DNA of 64,000 nt, taken from contig VRMN01000004.1 of the NCBI GenBank assembly GCA_008690995.1, positions 1,178,001 through 1,242,000 on the forward strand. The letters are read 5' to 3'. Positions 33,305 to 42,639 of the stretch are shown piece after piece. This DNA is from Porphyridium purpureum. Taxonomy: Eukaryota. Every line of letters starts with the position of its first letter. The stretch's first letter is position 1. The notes under the pieces were generated by a model, which was not told the DNA's origin, did no database searches, and saw only the letters and a list, made by a program, of their open reading frames with translations. A program made the translations under genes and the position numbers.

Positions 33305-34273
33305 ATGGCACGGCTCGGGTACACGGCCATTGGAGCGCCGCCGCTACTCGCCTCTGGGCAGGAGCAACGCCTGGAAGAACGTGGCGGCTCCCGCGTGCGA
33401 ACTGCAGCATGGATGGCTCTGGCTCTAGTAGCGGTCTACGGGGTTGGAGTGCTATGCTCAATGTCAGGACCGATTGCCCCGGTCATGGAGCATTCACGAC
33501 CGGGACTTGCGCCGGAGGTACGCGATACAGCCAAGGAGACGAATAAGGTGATGAATATGACGGTAGTCTTGGCCGCGTTTGAGCCTTTCGGGAATTTCTC
33601 GATAAACCCGGCCCAGAACGTGAGCAAGATACTGGACGGCAAGTGCATTGATTCGATATGTTTCCGAGCGATGTCGATTCCCGTGAACCACGCAGGCGTA
33701 CAGATGGTACCCAATATGCTCATACATACGCAAGACCTCCCACACGCGGTGATTCACCTGGGGCTCGATGCATCGGCTCATGATGTCATGGTGGAAATCG
33801 TGGCCGCGAACGTCGCTGCCATTGACGGCGACAAGGGCAAGCTTGAAACTAGCCAGGTCGTGACTGAGGCTTCTCATGGCGCGTTCTTTCGTGAAATTGC
33901 GCCCGGGTTTGGTCTAAGCTACCTTCTTCCAACAACGGCTGATCTTGCGCAGCTGTACATGGATTTTTCGCAGCCTCGAACCAGAGCCGCGGGGTCTGTA
34001 CATGCCACATCTTTTGCACGCTTTCAGGAACATGAGATGCGAGTTGCCTTCTCACGTGATCTCGGGGCGTTCTTTTGCAACGAGGCTTATTTTCGTACGC
34101 TATTTGCCGTTCATCAAGCGAAACTTCGCGTTGAGAGCGTCTCGTGCGCCCACACGCAGAGGCTTCTCCCAGTGCTCTTCGTTCATTTACCGCTTTTGAG
34201 CACCATTGGCGCCGAAGATGCAAGCACAGTGGTGGCAAAAATAGCCAGGAGTATTTTATTGGTATCGCCTTGA
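33305..34273 (+). CDS. Pyroglutamyl-peptidase I (peptidase C15) with N-terminal hydrophobic anchor
   Basis: FEPFG...INPA; VIHLGL; VEIVAAN (Glu); SRDLGAFFCN (Cys); FVHLP (His); TM-like WMALALVAVYGVGVLC. Confidence 0.9.
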   Translation: MARLGYTAIGAPPLLASGQEQRLEERGGSRVRTAAWMALALVAVYGVGVLCSMSGPIAPVMEHSRPGLAPEVRDTAKETNKVMNMTVVLAAFEPFGNFSINPAQNVSKILDGKCIDSICFRAMSIPVNHAGVQMVPNMLIHTQDLPHAVIHLGLDASAHDVMVEIVAANVAAIDGDKGKLETSQVVTEASHGAFFREIAPGFGLSYLLPTTADLAQLYMDFSQPRTRAAGSVHATSFARFQEHEMRVAFSRDLGAFFCNEAYFRTLFAVHQAKLRVESVSCAHTQRLLPVLFVHLPLLSTIGAEDASTVVAKIARSILLVSP

Positions 34274-34520
34274 TGACCTTGATGACATTGTCTTCGGCCA
34301 GTTGAGAATTCAGAACCTTCTGTCTCGCACCTCTTTCGCAGCGTTGTGATTAGAACGCGAGCGAGCTTCGTATGTGCCAACGTCGAAGGTCTTGCAACAG
34401 ATCTGCATTGAAACCAGAATTGATACTGTTTAACACTCAGATCGAATCGTCAGATAATTTACATGATCCGAAAGCCGTCTCCCTCAGCCGACTTAATAGC
34501 TGATGTTCATCGCTCTCTGA

Positions 34521-37253
34521 TCAAAAGGCCGTTCCGCTGCCAAGCAACGAGTCCGACATTGCCTCGACACGGCTACTCGGCGACAAGGTCAGCGCCTCAA
34601 AAACATTCATGTCTGCTTCCATGCCAAAGTCATTGAGAATTTCTCCAACCTTCCCGTCGCTCCCCACAAGGACACTATCTGCTGAGTTCGATGGAAGAGC
34701 GCGCCCATTAAAGGTCACCAGAATTCGACCCACGCCCGACTCAAAGTTGGACTTGCCGCACGCATCTGGTCGCTTTGTTGACGGATTCACGCGAAACGGC
34801 TCCACCTGACCGTTCGGAACTATCTCCGGTAGTTCTATGATGGAGGAAAGCTGCGATGCTACAAATGGCTCACTCCTGATGGCACCGCGCGACAGCTCAA
34901 TCTGAGACATCACAAAATTTCTGTCCAATGCATCGTTGCCAACTGAAGCAGCGCGTACATGAGCCGTTGCTGGTTTAACTGCCGAAGGCAACGGGGCCGA
35001 CGACGTCTGTATTCCAGGTGAGGCACCAGCTGAGATTGTATGGCCCAACCCAGCAGCAGTGCTGCGCACGGCATTCTGCGCTGGGACTGAGGCAGACGTT
35101 TCGCCGTCATTTACACTAGTGCCCTTTTTCGACGCTGCAACCGTGGATCGTATGAACGCGTCATGCTCCTTCTTTGCTTGCAGAAAACGCTGGACAATTT
35201 GAAGGTGAGATCGCTCGAATCGGGTCTTGCCGAGTGTGAACAAAAAGGCGCGACGCGGGCGGACATGCCTTTCCATCCATGCGCGCTGACGCTCCTCGTC
35301 CTCGAGCCATCGGAACAGAAACCACGCGTTCATCGCACCGTTCTCTGAGCTCTGAATGTACTGCTCGACGGTCTTGTCAACAATCCGCATGCACATGCCC
35401 GGGTTCGAACTGCACTCAATCATGGGAACCGCGGAAACCTCGAGCGCATTCATGTATTCCACCATAGATTGCGACCACGCCTCAATGCACGCGACCATAG
35501 CCATCAATCTTTGCTTCAAGCTTCCATTCAGTTCGGCACCTGCGTCGCGATGCTGTATAATCGAATTTGTGGAAAGACCGCGGTACATGTTACGGCGGCG
35601 GCCGCTGGTGGCAGCTTGCTGCTTTGTTTTGCTCCCGTTTGTGTGACTGATGCTGCTATTCTGCTTGCTGAGCGCCTCATTGTTGGTCGACCATTTCACC
35701 TGGTCGACCGCACTCCACACCTTGCTGAGCCTGGCGTCCATGGTGTCGCGCAAACGAAAGATCTGTGCGGTGTTGTATGGTATTTTCCCAAACGACCGGC
35801 GCGGATCCAAGCCATCCACGAAAGGAAAGACCACGTTCCTTTCGACCGCGCGCCAATCCTGTAACAGTTTGCGGAAGGTGAGCATCCAAGTCACCGCGTC
35901 CAGGGTCTCGCGCTTCGTCACACGAAAATTACGGCTCTGAATTGAGATAAGAATAGTGTACATATCGAGCATTTCGCGGCGCACAGAGTTGTGACTCACT
36001 GACAAAATGTCGCGTGCCCACGACCACGAGTAACCATAGTCCTCGAGGCAGAGCACGGGAAGACGGATCGGGTTCTTTGGGCTCAATTCCAAACAAACCT
36101 GAAAGGCTCGCCGCAGATGGGTGAAGTAGTCGACAAGCACTCGGCGCTGCTTTCGATGCGTCTCTAACCACTGCATATATTGAGCCGTTGAGATTCCCAG
36201 CCGCTCTTTGAAGTCCCTCATCATCCACTCTTGATTGTTGAGCGACATCCATCTTGTGAGCATGACCAGGAATACCTGCCCTTCGCGCGGTTGTCGAAAT
36301 AAGTAATGCACAGTGCAGTTCTCTATTTCGAACATGTCCTCCGGACACAGAAACATTTCTATGAGGTCACCCAAGAGAACAAACTCCATGTTCATGTACA
36401 AAAGCAGCATACGTGAGCTCTCATCCACGGCGTCGAGAAACTCCACTACCGTGGTCAGATCATAAACCTCCGACATCTTCTGCAAGCGGAACGCAACTTC
36501 TTGCAGTTTGTTGACGATGTCGTTCTTTTCTGTGGAGAGGACGTAGAGCTCACGCGCTACCATGCTGCCCTCCACATCATCAGGCTCGCACGCCAGCAAG
36601 CGTGGGAACAAGTAGCGTCGCTGTGAATCGAAATACAGCTTGATAAACAGCACGAGAACACGCCACCATGACCCAAGGTCGTCGAGCGCCCGCTGCTCGA
36701 GATCAAACTCGGCCTTGCGCATGCCCATCAGAATCATCGAGTAGAGGTCTTGCAGCTCCTTGCGAATCGCATTCTGAAACAGCGTGATATAGTCTCGTCC
36801 CCACAGCCACTCATACCCATAGTCGCGGCTCTGCAGCACGGGTTCGCGCGTATCGTTGAGCAGGGCCTGTAGCGTGATTGGCACGCGCTCACTTGGTAAA
36901 GAGGGAGGGCTTGAGTACCTGCTGCGGCTAGACGAGTAAGATATGCGTACGGGCGAGGACCGCTGCGTTTGTACCTGACGAAAAGAAGGCACAGTTGGGG
37001 GAACAGTACACGGTGAAGCGTCTTGCGACTGAAACACGTATCGCCCGCGGGCGTCCCGTATTGCCGCTGATGGCGGCATGTTTACGTGCCGCGGGGCGCC
37101 TCCCAAGCCGGACCCCAAACTCCCGGTGCTTCCCAGACTCGGATTCGATTCTGACTGCGAGCCTGCTGAACTACGCGTCCCTGAATAAGGTCCACGCACA
37201 TGCGTCTGCGCGTGACCGTGCGTCGGCTGCACCCTGCCTGCAGGCCCGGCCAT
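34521..37253 (-). CDS. Hypothetical protein with two tandem helical (hemerythrin/HHE-like) domains
   Basis: Internal repeat 261 aa apart: DYGYEWLWGRDYITLFQNAIRKELQDLY and DYGYSWSWARDILSVSHNSVRREMLDMY. Confidence 0.75.
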   Translation of the reverse strand: MAGPAGRVQPTHGHAQTHVRGPYSGTRSSAGSQSESNPSLGSTGSLGSGLGGAPRHVNMPPSAAIRDARGRYVFQSQDASPCTVPPTVPSFRQVQTQRSSPVRISYSSSRSRYSSPPSLPSERVPITLQALLNDTREPVLQSRDYGYEWLWGRDYITLFQNAIRKELQDLYSMILMGMRKAEFDLEQRALDDLGSWWRVLVLFIKLYFDSQRRYLFPRLLACEPDDVEGSMVARELYVLSTEKNDIVNKLQEVAFRLQKMSEVYDLTTVVEFLDAVDESSRMLLLYMNMEFVLLGDLIEMFLCPEDMFEIENCTVHYLFRQPREGQVFLVMLTRWMSLNNQEWMMRDFKERLGISTAQYMQWLETHRKQRRVLVDYFTHLRRAFQVCLELSPKNPIRLPVLCLEDYGYSWSWARDILSVSHNSVRREMLDMYTILISIQSRNFRVTKRETLDAVTWMLTFRKLLQDWRAVERNVVFPFVDGLDPRRSFGKIPYNTAQIFRLRDTMDARLSKVWSAVDQVKWSTNNEALSKQNSSISHTNGSKTKQQAATSGRRRNMYRGLSTNSIIQHRDAGAELNGSLKQRLMAMVACIEAWSQSMVEYMNALEVSAVPMIECSSNPGMCMRIVDKTVEQYIQSSENGAMNAWFLFRWLEDEERQRAWMERHVRPRRAFLFTLGKTRFERSHLQIVQRFLQAKKEHDAFIRSTVAASKKGTSVNDGETSASVPAQNAVRSTAAGLGHTISAGASPGIQTSSAPLPSAVKPATAHVRAASVGNDALDRNFVMSQIELSRGAIRSEPFVASQLSSIIELPEIVPNGQVEPFRVNPSTKRPDACGKSNFESGVGRILVTFNGRALPSNSADSVLVGSDGKVGEILNDFGMEADMNVFEALTLSPSSRVEAMSDSLLGSGTAF

Positions 37254-38107
37254 CCTGCCCCCTGGCCGTCCTCTCTCGCACAGTTCACTGTGATCCAATC
37301 CCAACTTCCTGGCACAGTGCTCGCATCTTCTCTTCCTCTCAACCTCCCTCTCCCCCGCCGCCGTCCCACCGCCGCACGGCACTCAACCGACCTCCTGCCC
37401 GCACGCGTTGCACCCTCAATGCCCGCCGTCTCTTTTATCCGCCAGAGGTCCACTCCTCACCTCCACCTCACCAACGCCCGCTCGAGTGTCCGTGTCCGTG
37501 TCCGCTTGTGTCCGTGTGCCGTGTCCACGCGCCTATCTACGTCGCCGCCCACGTTCTCACGTATATCCTTTGACCCGAAACGCAGCCCGACTGTGTCTTT
37601 TCCTTCTCATCGACCTCAATCTACCGCATTGTTGCCCACCTCACCACCCGTCAATAACCACCACAGTCCCAAACCCCTCTCGGACACTCGCAACTCGCAA
37701 GTGTCCAGTCGCTCGCAGCAACAAAAAGTGAGCCCTCCATCTCATAAAGTCACCCATCACACAGGACACCACCACACACGCGCGCCGAATCTAGCATCAA
37801 AACGGCCGCGTTTTATGAGACGCGCGAGTGGAGTGCACCTGATTTTGACGCGTTGTGGGACACCGAATGTGAATTTCCAAGATGATGGCAATGCAATTGC
37901 GCATTGCTGGCGCGGCGCAGAGAGTACAGCGGGACCACTGCAACAGCCGGTGCGTGTACAGTTAAAGATTGATGCACAGTGGGTACGGCGTGTTTTGAGG
38001 CGGGTGAGAAAGTGTGAAGGCGGGGCTGTGAAGCTGGGGAGAAGCGTGGCGACGTCGTTGGTGGTGGTGGTGGTGGTGGTGGAGGTGGACAACGGCGACG
38101 ACGGGAG

Positions 38108-39064
38108 ATGTGGAACGTGAGGAGGAATGTGCTGCCGCTTCCGCCGGATGTGAAGCGGGTGGATGGTGTGATGCGAGGGTTCGGAGAAATGAGCGATAGA
38201 TGGAGTCGCGTGACGACAAATTCATCTGCGCTTGGGTTTCGGCAATGCGGTGCCCGGCGTGGGCTGCATAGATCGAGCGGCTCTCGAGTAGCCGCGTCGC
38301 CAGATGGAGATGCGAGGGAAGCGTCTGCAGATACTGGCCCGGCGGGAGAAACGGCACACGGAGATGAGCCGGATTATGTCGTCACGCGGCGCAGGATCAC
38401 CGAATTGGAGAAGAAGCTCAAGTTTGCCCGGCGCTTGACGAGCCCGATTCCGCGAGACAAGCGCGTCTGGGTGGATGTTGAGAAGCAGCGCGCGCTCGGT
38501 CGGGACATTGATCTGGCGACCAAGCGCGCGCTGGGCCCTGCTGCACGACAAGCAGTGAATCGAAAGCTGAAGAATAACGCGTACCCTTACGAGCCATTAT
38601 TTTCAGAGCGCAAAGTGTACATGCCGCGCACCGACGCACGCCACCGTGTTCGCGGACTCATGCAGCTTCTCAATCTGGAAGAGCGCAAGCGCTACTTGGA
38701 AGAAGGTCACGGCGGCGTGCTGCTCAAAAAGATCCCGGATGTGAATGCAGGCGACGTGATTCGGCTCAAGCTGCGCTCAGAAAAGGACCCCGACACATTC
38801 AAGTACTTTACGGGCCTAGTGATTGCGCGCAGAAATTACACTGGTCTGAGCGCGTCCATTATTCTTCGAAACGTTGTCGACGGTGTGGCCGTTGAACGCA
38901 AGTTCAAGATGTTTTCCCCTCTCATCGTCGACGCCGAACTTCTGAAGCGCCAGTGGCGTGGTCAGGCCAAGCTGTACTACCTTCGCGAGCAGCCTCTGAA
39001 GGAATCTGACTTTGGTCCAGCCACATTGCCGCCCGCGACTGCGACCAAAAACACCAGAAAATAA
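38108..39064 (+). CDS. rpl19: Organellar (probably mitochondrial) ribosomal protein bL19
   Basis: IPDVNAGDVIRL...FTGLVIARR...IILRNVVDGVAVERKF...SPLI...QAKLYYLRE, with a long N-terminal extension. Confidence 0.92.
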   Translation: MWNVRRNVLPLPPDVKRVDGVMRGFGEMSDRWSRVTTNSSALGFRQCGARRGLHRSSGSRVAASPDGDAREASADTGPAGETAHGDEPDYVVTRRRITELEKKLKFARRLTSPIPRDKRVWVDVEKQRALGRDIDLATKRALGPAARQAVNRKLKNNAYPYEPLFSERKVYMPRTDARHRVRGLMQLLNLEERKRYLEEGHGGVLLKKIPDVNAGDVIRLKLRSEKDPDTFKYFTGLVIARRNYTGLSASIILRNVVDGVAVERKFKMFSPLIVDAELLKRQWRGQAKLYYLREQPLKESDFGPATLPPATATKNTRK

Positions 39065-39178
39065 AAAAGCAGGCACTATCTAAAAACGTCTCCGTCATCC
39101 GTTTCGAAAGTTTTTCACGCGGCGCTTTGGCGCTCGAAGTGTTCACAGCGCGTGAGTGGGCGAGCGAGAACCGTCATC

Positions 39179-40780
39179 ATGATAAACACGTTGAGCCAAT
39201 CCAGCAAGCCGTGCAGCTACTTTCAGCGCGGCCAATGCAAGTTTGGCGATCGCTGCAGGTTCTCGCACCAGACGGGGAGTGCGCCGTTTGATAATGCGGC
39301 ATCCGTATCGTCAATGTTCGGCTCCTCTGCCGGCGGCGCGTCGTTCGGAGGAGGTGCCGCTGTCCGTAGTTCTTCGTTCGGAACAGGTGCCGGAGTTGGT
39401 AGTTCGCCGTTCGGAGCAAGTGCCGCAGTTGGCAATTCGCCGTTCGGAGGAGGTGCCGCAGTCGGCAACGTGCCGTTTGGAGGAGGCACGGCCGCGGGTA
39501 GTACACCTTTTGGTGCTAATGGGGCTACGCCAGCGTTCGGAACTTCTGCCGCACCATTTGGCGGCGGCAGTGCGACGTTTGGCACGACTACTGCAGGTGC
39601 ATCCTCCACTCCGTTCGGCAACGCTGCCAATTTCTTTGGGTCTTCCGCTTTAGGCGCTCCGACGACTTTTGCGAATAAGTTCAACACGGGCCAGCCTGCA
39701 TTCGGCGATGCGCAACAGAGGAAGAACTTCTCAATGGGGGAAGTTATGCAAGGGAAATCCATGCCGGACAAGACATCCGCATCGGCTCTGGGATTCGGCG
39801 TAGGAGTGGGATCACAATCGCCAACTGGACCTTTCTCCAATCTGAGCACGTCCCCAGTTGCTGCGCAATCTTTTGCAGGTGGCATCGCCACGGCAACGTC
39901 GATTGCTGGCGGGTTTGGTGGCGCACTGCAAAGTGCTGTGGCGAGCTCCTCTCCGATTGGAGCAACTTCGTTTGGACAGCCCACAGTAACGGGCACCTCA
40001 CCTACCACGTTGGCGGCAGCCGAACCGACCATGGCATCGAACGCCCAAAGGCCTTTGACAGACCCCTTCGGGAAAAGCTCTACGCTGGCACCGGATCCTC
40101 TTGAAAAGCCCGGTGGGTTATTTCCTGCCAGTGGTGTCGCTTTGCTATCGACGTCTGCAAATGCTTCGTCATCTGCGGCGAGTGCAGCCGAAATTCAAGG
40201 CGACTTTGTGACAAATCTCGACTTTCCGTCATGGAGCCTGACGTGCTACGGACCAGAAAAGAAAGAGTGCTTGGTAGCAGGTGAAAAGAGCGCCGAAGAA
40301 GTGAGGTGGAACCATGCTCAACGAAAGGTGTCAGGAAGTGCAGTATCTACTGACGACGAGAACACAGAAATGCTCACGCATCTGACCAAGTTTATCGATC
40401 TACTTGGAGGACATGGCATCAATGTACAGGAAACCAATGTGTTCCGCCGCGCGCGCGAGCTGAACCCTCTCTTTTCTTCATCCGCTCATGTGCAACCTAC
40501 GGGGCCTTCCGCAAGCGGTTCTTTGCAAGCGGCGACTACTATGGTTACGCAGCACAAATCGCAGCCTCCGAATCCGTGGAAGCAGACTGCCCGCTCACAA
40601 GCCGCTAGGTCGGGTTCGCAGGTCTCCGAAGGCAATGATAAAGTAGCAGGCACTCGCGAAAAGTCAACACAAAATGCGCCATTGACCTTGTCGGCTGCCG
40701 ACATGCGCGAGTACCAGGCAGCAAACTTCACATTCCAGCAGGTGCCAGAGGCACCGCCGCCGCCAGAAATGTGCAAATAG
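39179..40780 (+). CDS. NUP42: Nup42/NUPL2(CG1)-like FG nucleoporin with CCCH zinc finger
   Basis: CSYFQRGQCKFGDRCRFSH finger; many FG repeats; WSLTCYGP...EKSAEEVRW; C-terminal FTFQQVPEAPPPPEMC resembling the Gle1-binding tail. Confidence 0.82.
   Translation: MINTLSQSSKPCSYFQRGQCKFGDRCRFSHQTGSAPFDNAASVSSMFGSSAGGASFGGGAAVRSSSFGTGAGVGSSPFGASAAVGNSPFGGGAAVGNVPFGGGTAAGSTPFGANGATPAFGTSAAPFGGGSATFGTTTAGASSTPFGNAANFFGSSALGAPTTFANKFNTGQPAFGDAQQRKNFSMGEVMQGKSMPDKTSASALGFGVGVGSQSPTGPFSNLSTSPVAAQSFAGGIATATSIAGGFGGALQSAVASSSPIGATSFGQPTVTGTSPTTLAAAEPTMASNAQRPLTDPFGKSSTLAPDPLEKPGGLFPASGVALLSTSANASSSAASAAEIQGDFVTNLDFPSWSLTCYGPEKKECLVAGEKSAEEVRWNHAQRKVSGSAVSTDDENTEMLTHLTKFIDLLGGHGINVQETNVFRRARELNPLFSSSAHVQPTGPSASGSLQAATTMVTQHKSQPPNPWKQTARSQAARSGSQVSEGNDKVAGTREKSTQNAPLTLSAADMREYQAANFTFQQVPEAPPPPEMCK
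39339..39515 (+). repeat. 33-bp coding minisatellite encoding 11-aa FG repeats
   Basis: ASFGGGAAVRS / SSFGTGAGVGS / SPFGASAAVGN / SPFGGGAAVGN / VPFGGGTAAGS, with similarity visible at DNA level. Confidence 0.8.
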
Positions 40781-40849
40781 TAGGTGCTTTACTGCCTGGG
40801 AATTCCGCCTATTAACTAAAGAGTGTTCTCGACGCAAAAGGTAACTTTT

Positions 40850-41986
40850 TCAGAGCCATGGGTCTAGCGTCACCTTGACGGAGCCATCACTGGATGAATT
40901 GACCATGTGGATGCCATCAACCACCTTGTCTAGAGGAAGAACATGTGTTACAATACTTTCGATCGGTACTTTGCCCGAAGATAATGTCTCAATAGCCTTC
41001 GCATACCCTTCGTTCCCGCTGCAATGTGCACCGAGCAGGTCGAGCTCAAGAGTATCACTGATCTCGCTCCAGTCTGTAGTCACCGCCTCCTTAAATACCG
41101 AGTATTCCACGAACCGGCCGCGTTTCCGGACCATTTTGAGCCCTTGTGTGACACTTGCTGGCGAGCCTGTCGCCTCAAGGTATACATCGCATCCGTATCC
41201 ACCTGTGCGGTCTTTCACGAGTTGGACCACATCATCTTTCCTTGGATTAAGCACCATGCTCGCGCCACACAACTGAGCGAGACGGAGCCGCTCGTCAATG
41301 CAGTCCAATGCAATAATTTCCGCAGGGCACTTCGAAATGGCCAAGTAACAGATCATACCAAGCCCAATGGCGCCGCATCCACTCACCACCACTACATCGT
41401 CGCTTTCTACTTGCGCGCGTTCCACGCCGTGCACGCCACAGCTGAGTGGCTCGATGTACACAGCCTCATCCACGCTCATCTTCTCCGGAATTTTGTAAAC
41501 GAGCGCGTTCGCCGGGAAAATCATGTATTCGGCCATAGCACCGTTCACACATGTCTTGAAGCCAAAAATGGCGTGCGGGAGACACAGGTGTCTCAAATTT
41601 TTCTGGCAGTACAGGCAGTTGTTGCACGGCACAACCTGCTCTGCAATCACACGATCACCGACGCTGAGCTCATGCCCTGTCCGGAATGCGCTGCGTCGCT
41701 TGACCGGCGGCGGACCGAACGCGACGATCTCCCCCACAAATTCGTGACCAGGTATGACTGGCGTCTCCACGTACGCCTTTTGCGCCGAGTCCGGGCAGCC
41801 CCAGAACCGCGCCGCGCCCTCAAAGCATTTCGCGTCGCCTGCGCAAATCCCACAGCGAAGCACCTTGACCAAAATCTCATCCCGACCGGGTTCTGGAATA
41901 GGGACATTCTCGACAACATAATCACGGACGCCGCGGCACACCACCGCTCGCATTGTACGCCCTTGCTCCTCTCTCGGCGCCGCCAT
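40850..41986 (-). CDS. Zn-dependent MDR polyol dehydrogenase (erythritol/L-threitol dehydrogenase-like)
   Basis: CGICAGD; PVIPGHEFVG; structural Zn site CNNCLYC...C; GCGAIG; GAARFWG insertion. Confidence 0.88.
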   Translation of the reverse strand: MAAPREEQGRTMRAVVCRGVRDYVVENVPIPEPGRDEILVKVLRCGICAGDAKCFEGAARFWGCPDSAQKAYVETPVIPGHEFVGEIVAFGPPPVKRRSAFRTGHELSVGDRVIAEQVVPCNNCLYCQKNLRHLCLPHAIFGFKTCVNGAMAEYMIFPANALVYKIPEKMSVDEAVYIEPLSCGVHGVERAQVESDDVVVVSGCGAIGLGMICYLAISKCPAEIIALDCIDERLRLAQLCGASMVLNPRKDDVVQLVKDRTGGYGCDVYLEATGSPASVTQGLKMVRKRGRFVEYSVFKEAVTTDWSEISDTLELDLLGAHCSGNEGYAKAIETLSSGKVPIESIVTHVLPLDKVVDGIHMVNSSSDGSVKVTLDPWL

Positions 41987-42115
41987 TCTATCCGCACGCA
42001 GCTCTCCTTCCTTGCCTCCCTCCGTCCTTTCTCCCCACATCCTATATCTCTCCACCAAAATCCAACCCACCTTTCAACCACACTGTACTCCAAGCTGTAC
42101 ACGTCGGTGTTTTCC

Positions 42116-42285
42116 AAAGATGACATCCCATCCTTTATCATCAATAAGAATATATAATGATGTCTTCAACATTAAAGATGCCAAAATGCACGTACAGGAT
42201 GACTTGATGCGATTTAAAGATGTCAATATTATTCCAGAATGAAATGTTTGACGTGAGGATGACAGAACAGTTTAAAGATGACAAG
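42116..42285. repeat. AT-rich degenerate array of GATGNC motifs with about 20-bp period
   Basis: GATG at 42119, 42159, 42177, 42198, 42219, 42258 and 42277; three copies of TTAAAGATGNCAA. Confidence 0.6.
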
Positions 42286-42639
42286 CAGCTTGATTTTTGC
42301 GCGCGCGAGTCGCGAGCGCAGTGGCCAGTGGCGGCAGCGTGGCGGGGGAAGGAGAGAGAGAGAGAGAAGGAGAGGGAGAAGGCGCGGTGGCACATACACA
42401 CACACACACACACGCACGTGCTTTGGTTGTGAGAGAGACGACGCGGAAGGTGCAGTGACAAGAGGCTGAGTCGGGAAACGGGGCTCAACGCCACGCGGTG
42501 GAGGAGATTAGAGCTCGAGGGTTGCCGCCGGGGAGCTTAGTTGTCTGTGTTTGTGTAGCAAGGTGCGTGGCGTGAACGTCGCGACTGAAACGGGGGAAAG
42601 AGGGTTTGGGCGGAAGGGGAGAAGTCTGTAGTGGGTGAT

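Noticed and set aside
37200..38120. 306-aa ORF upstream of rpl19
   Set aside because: Low-complexity translation of pyrimidine-rich promoter/UTR sequence.
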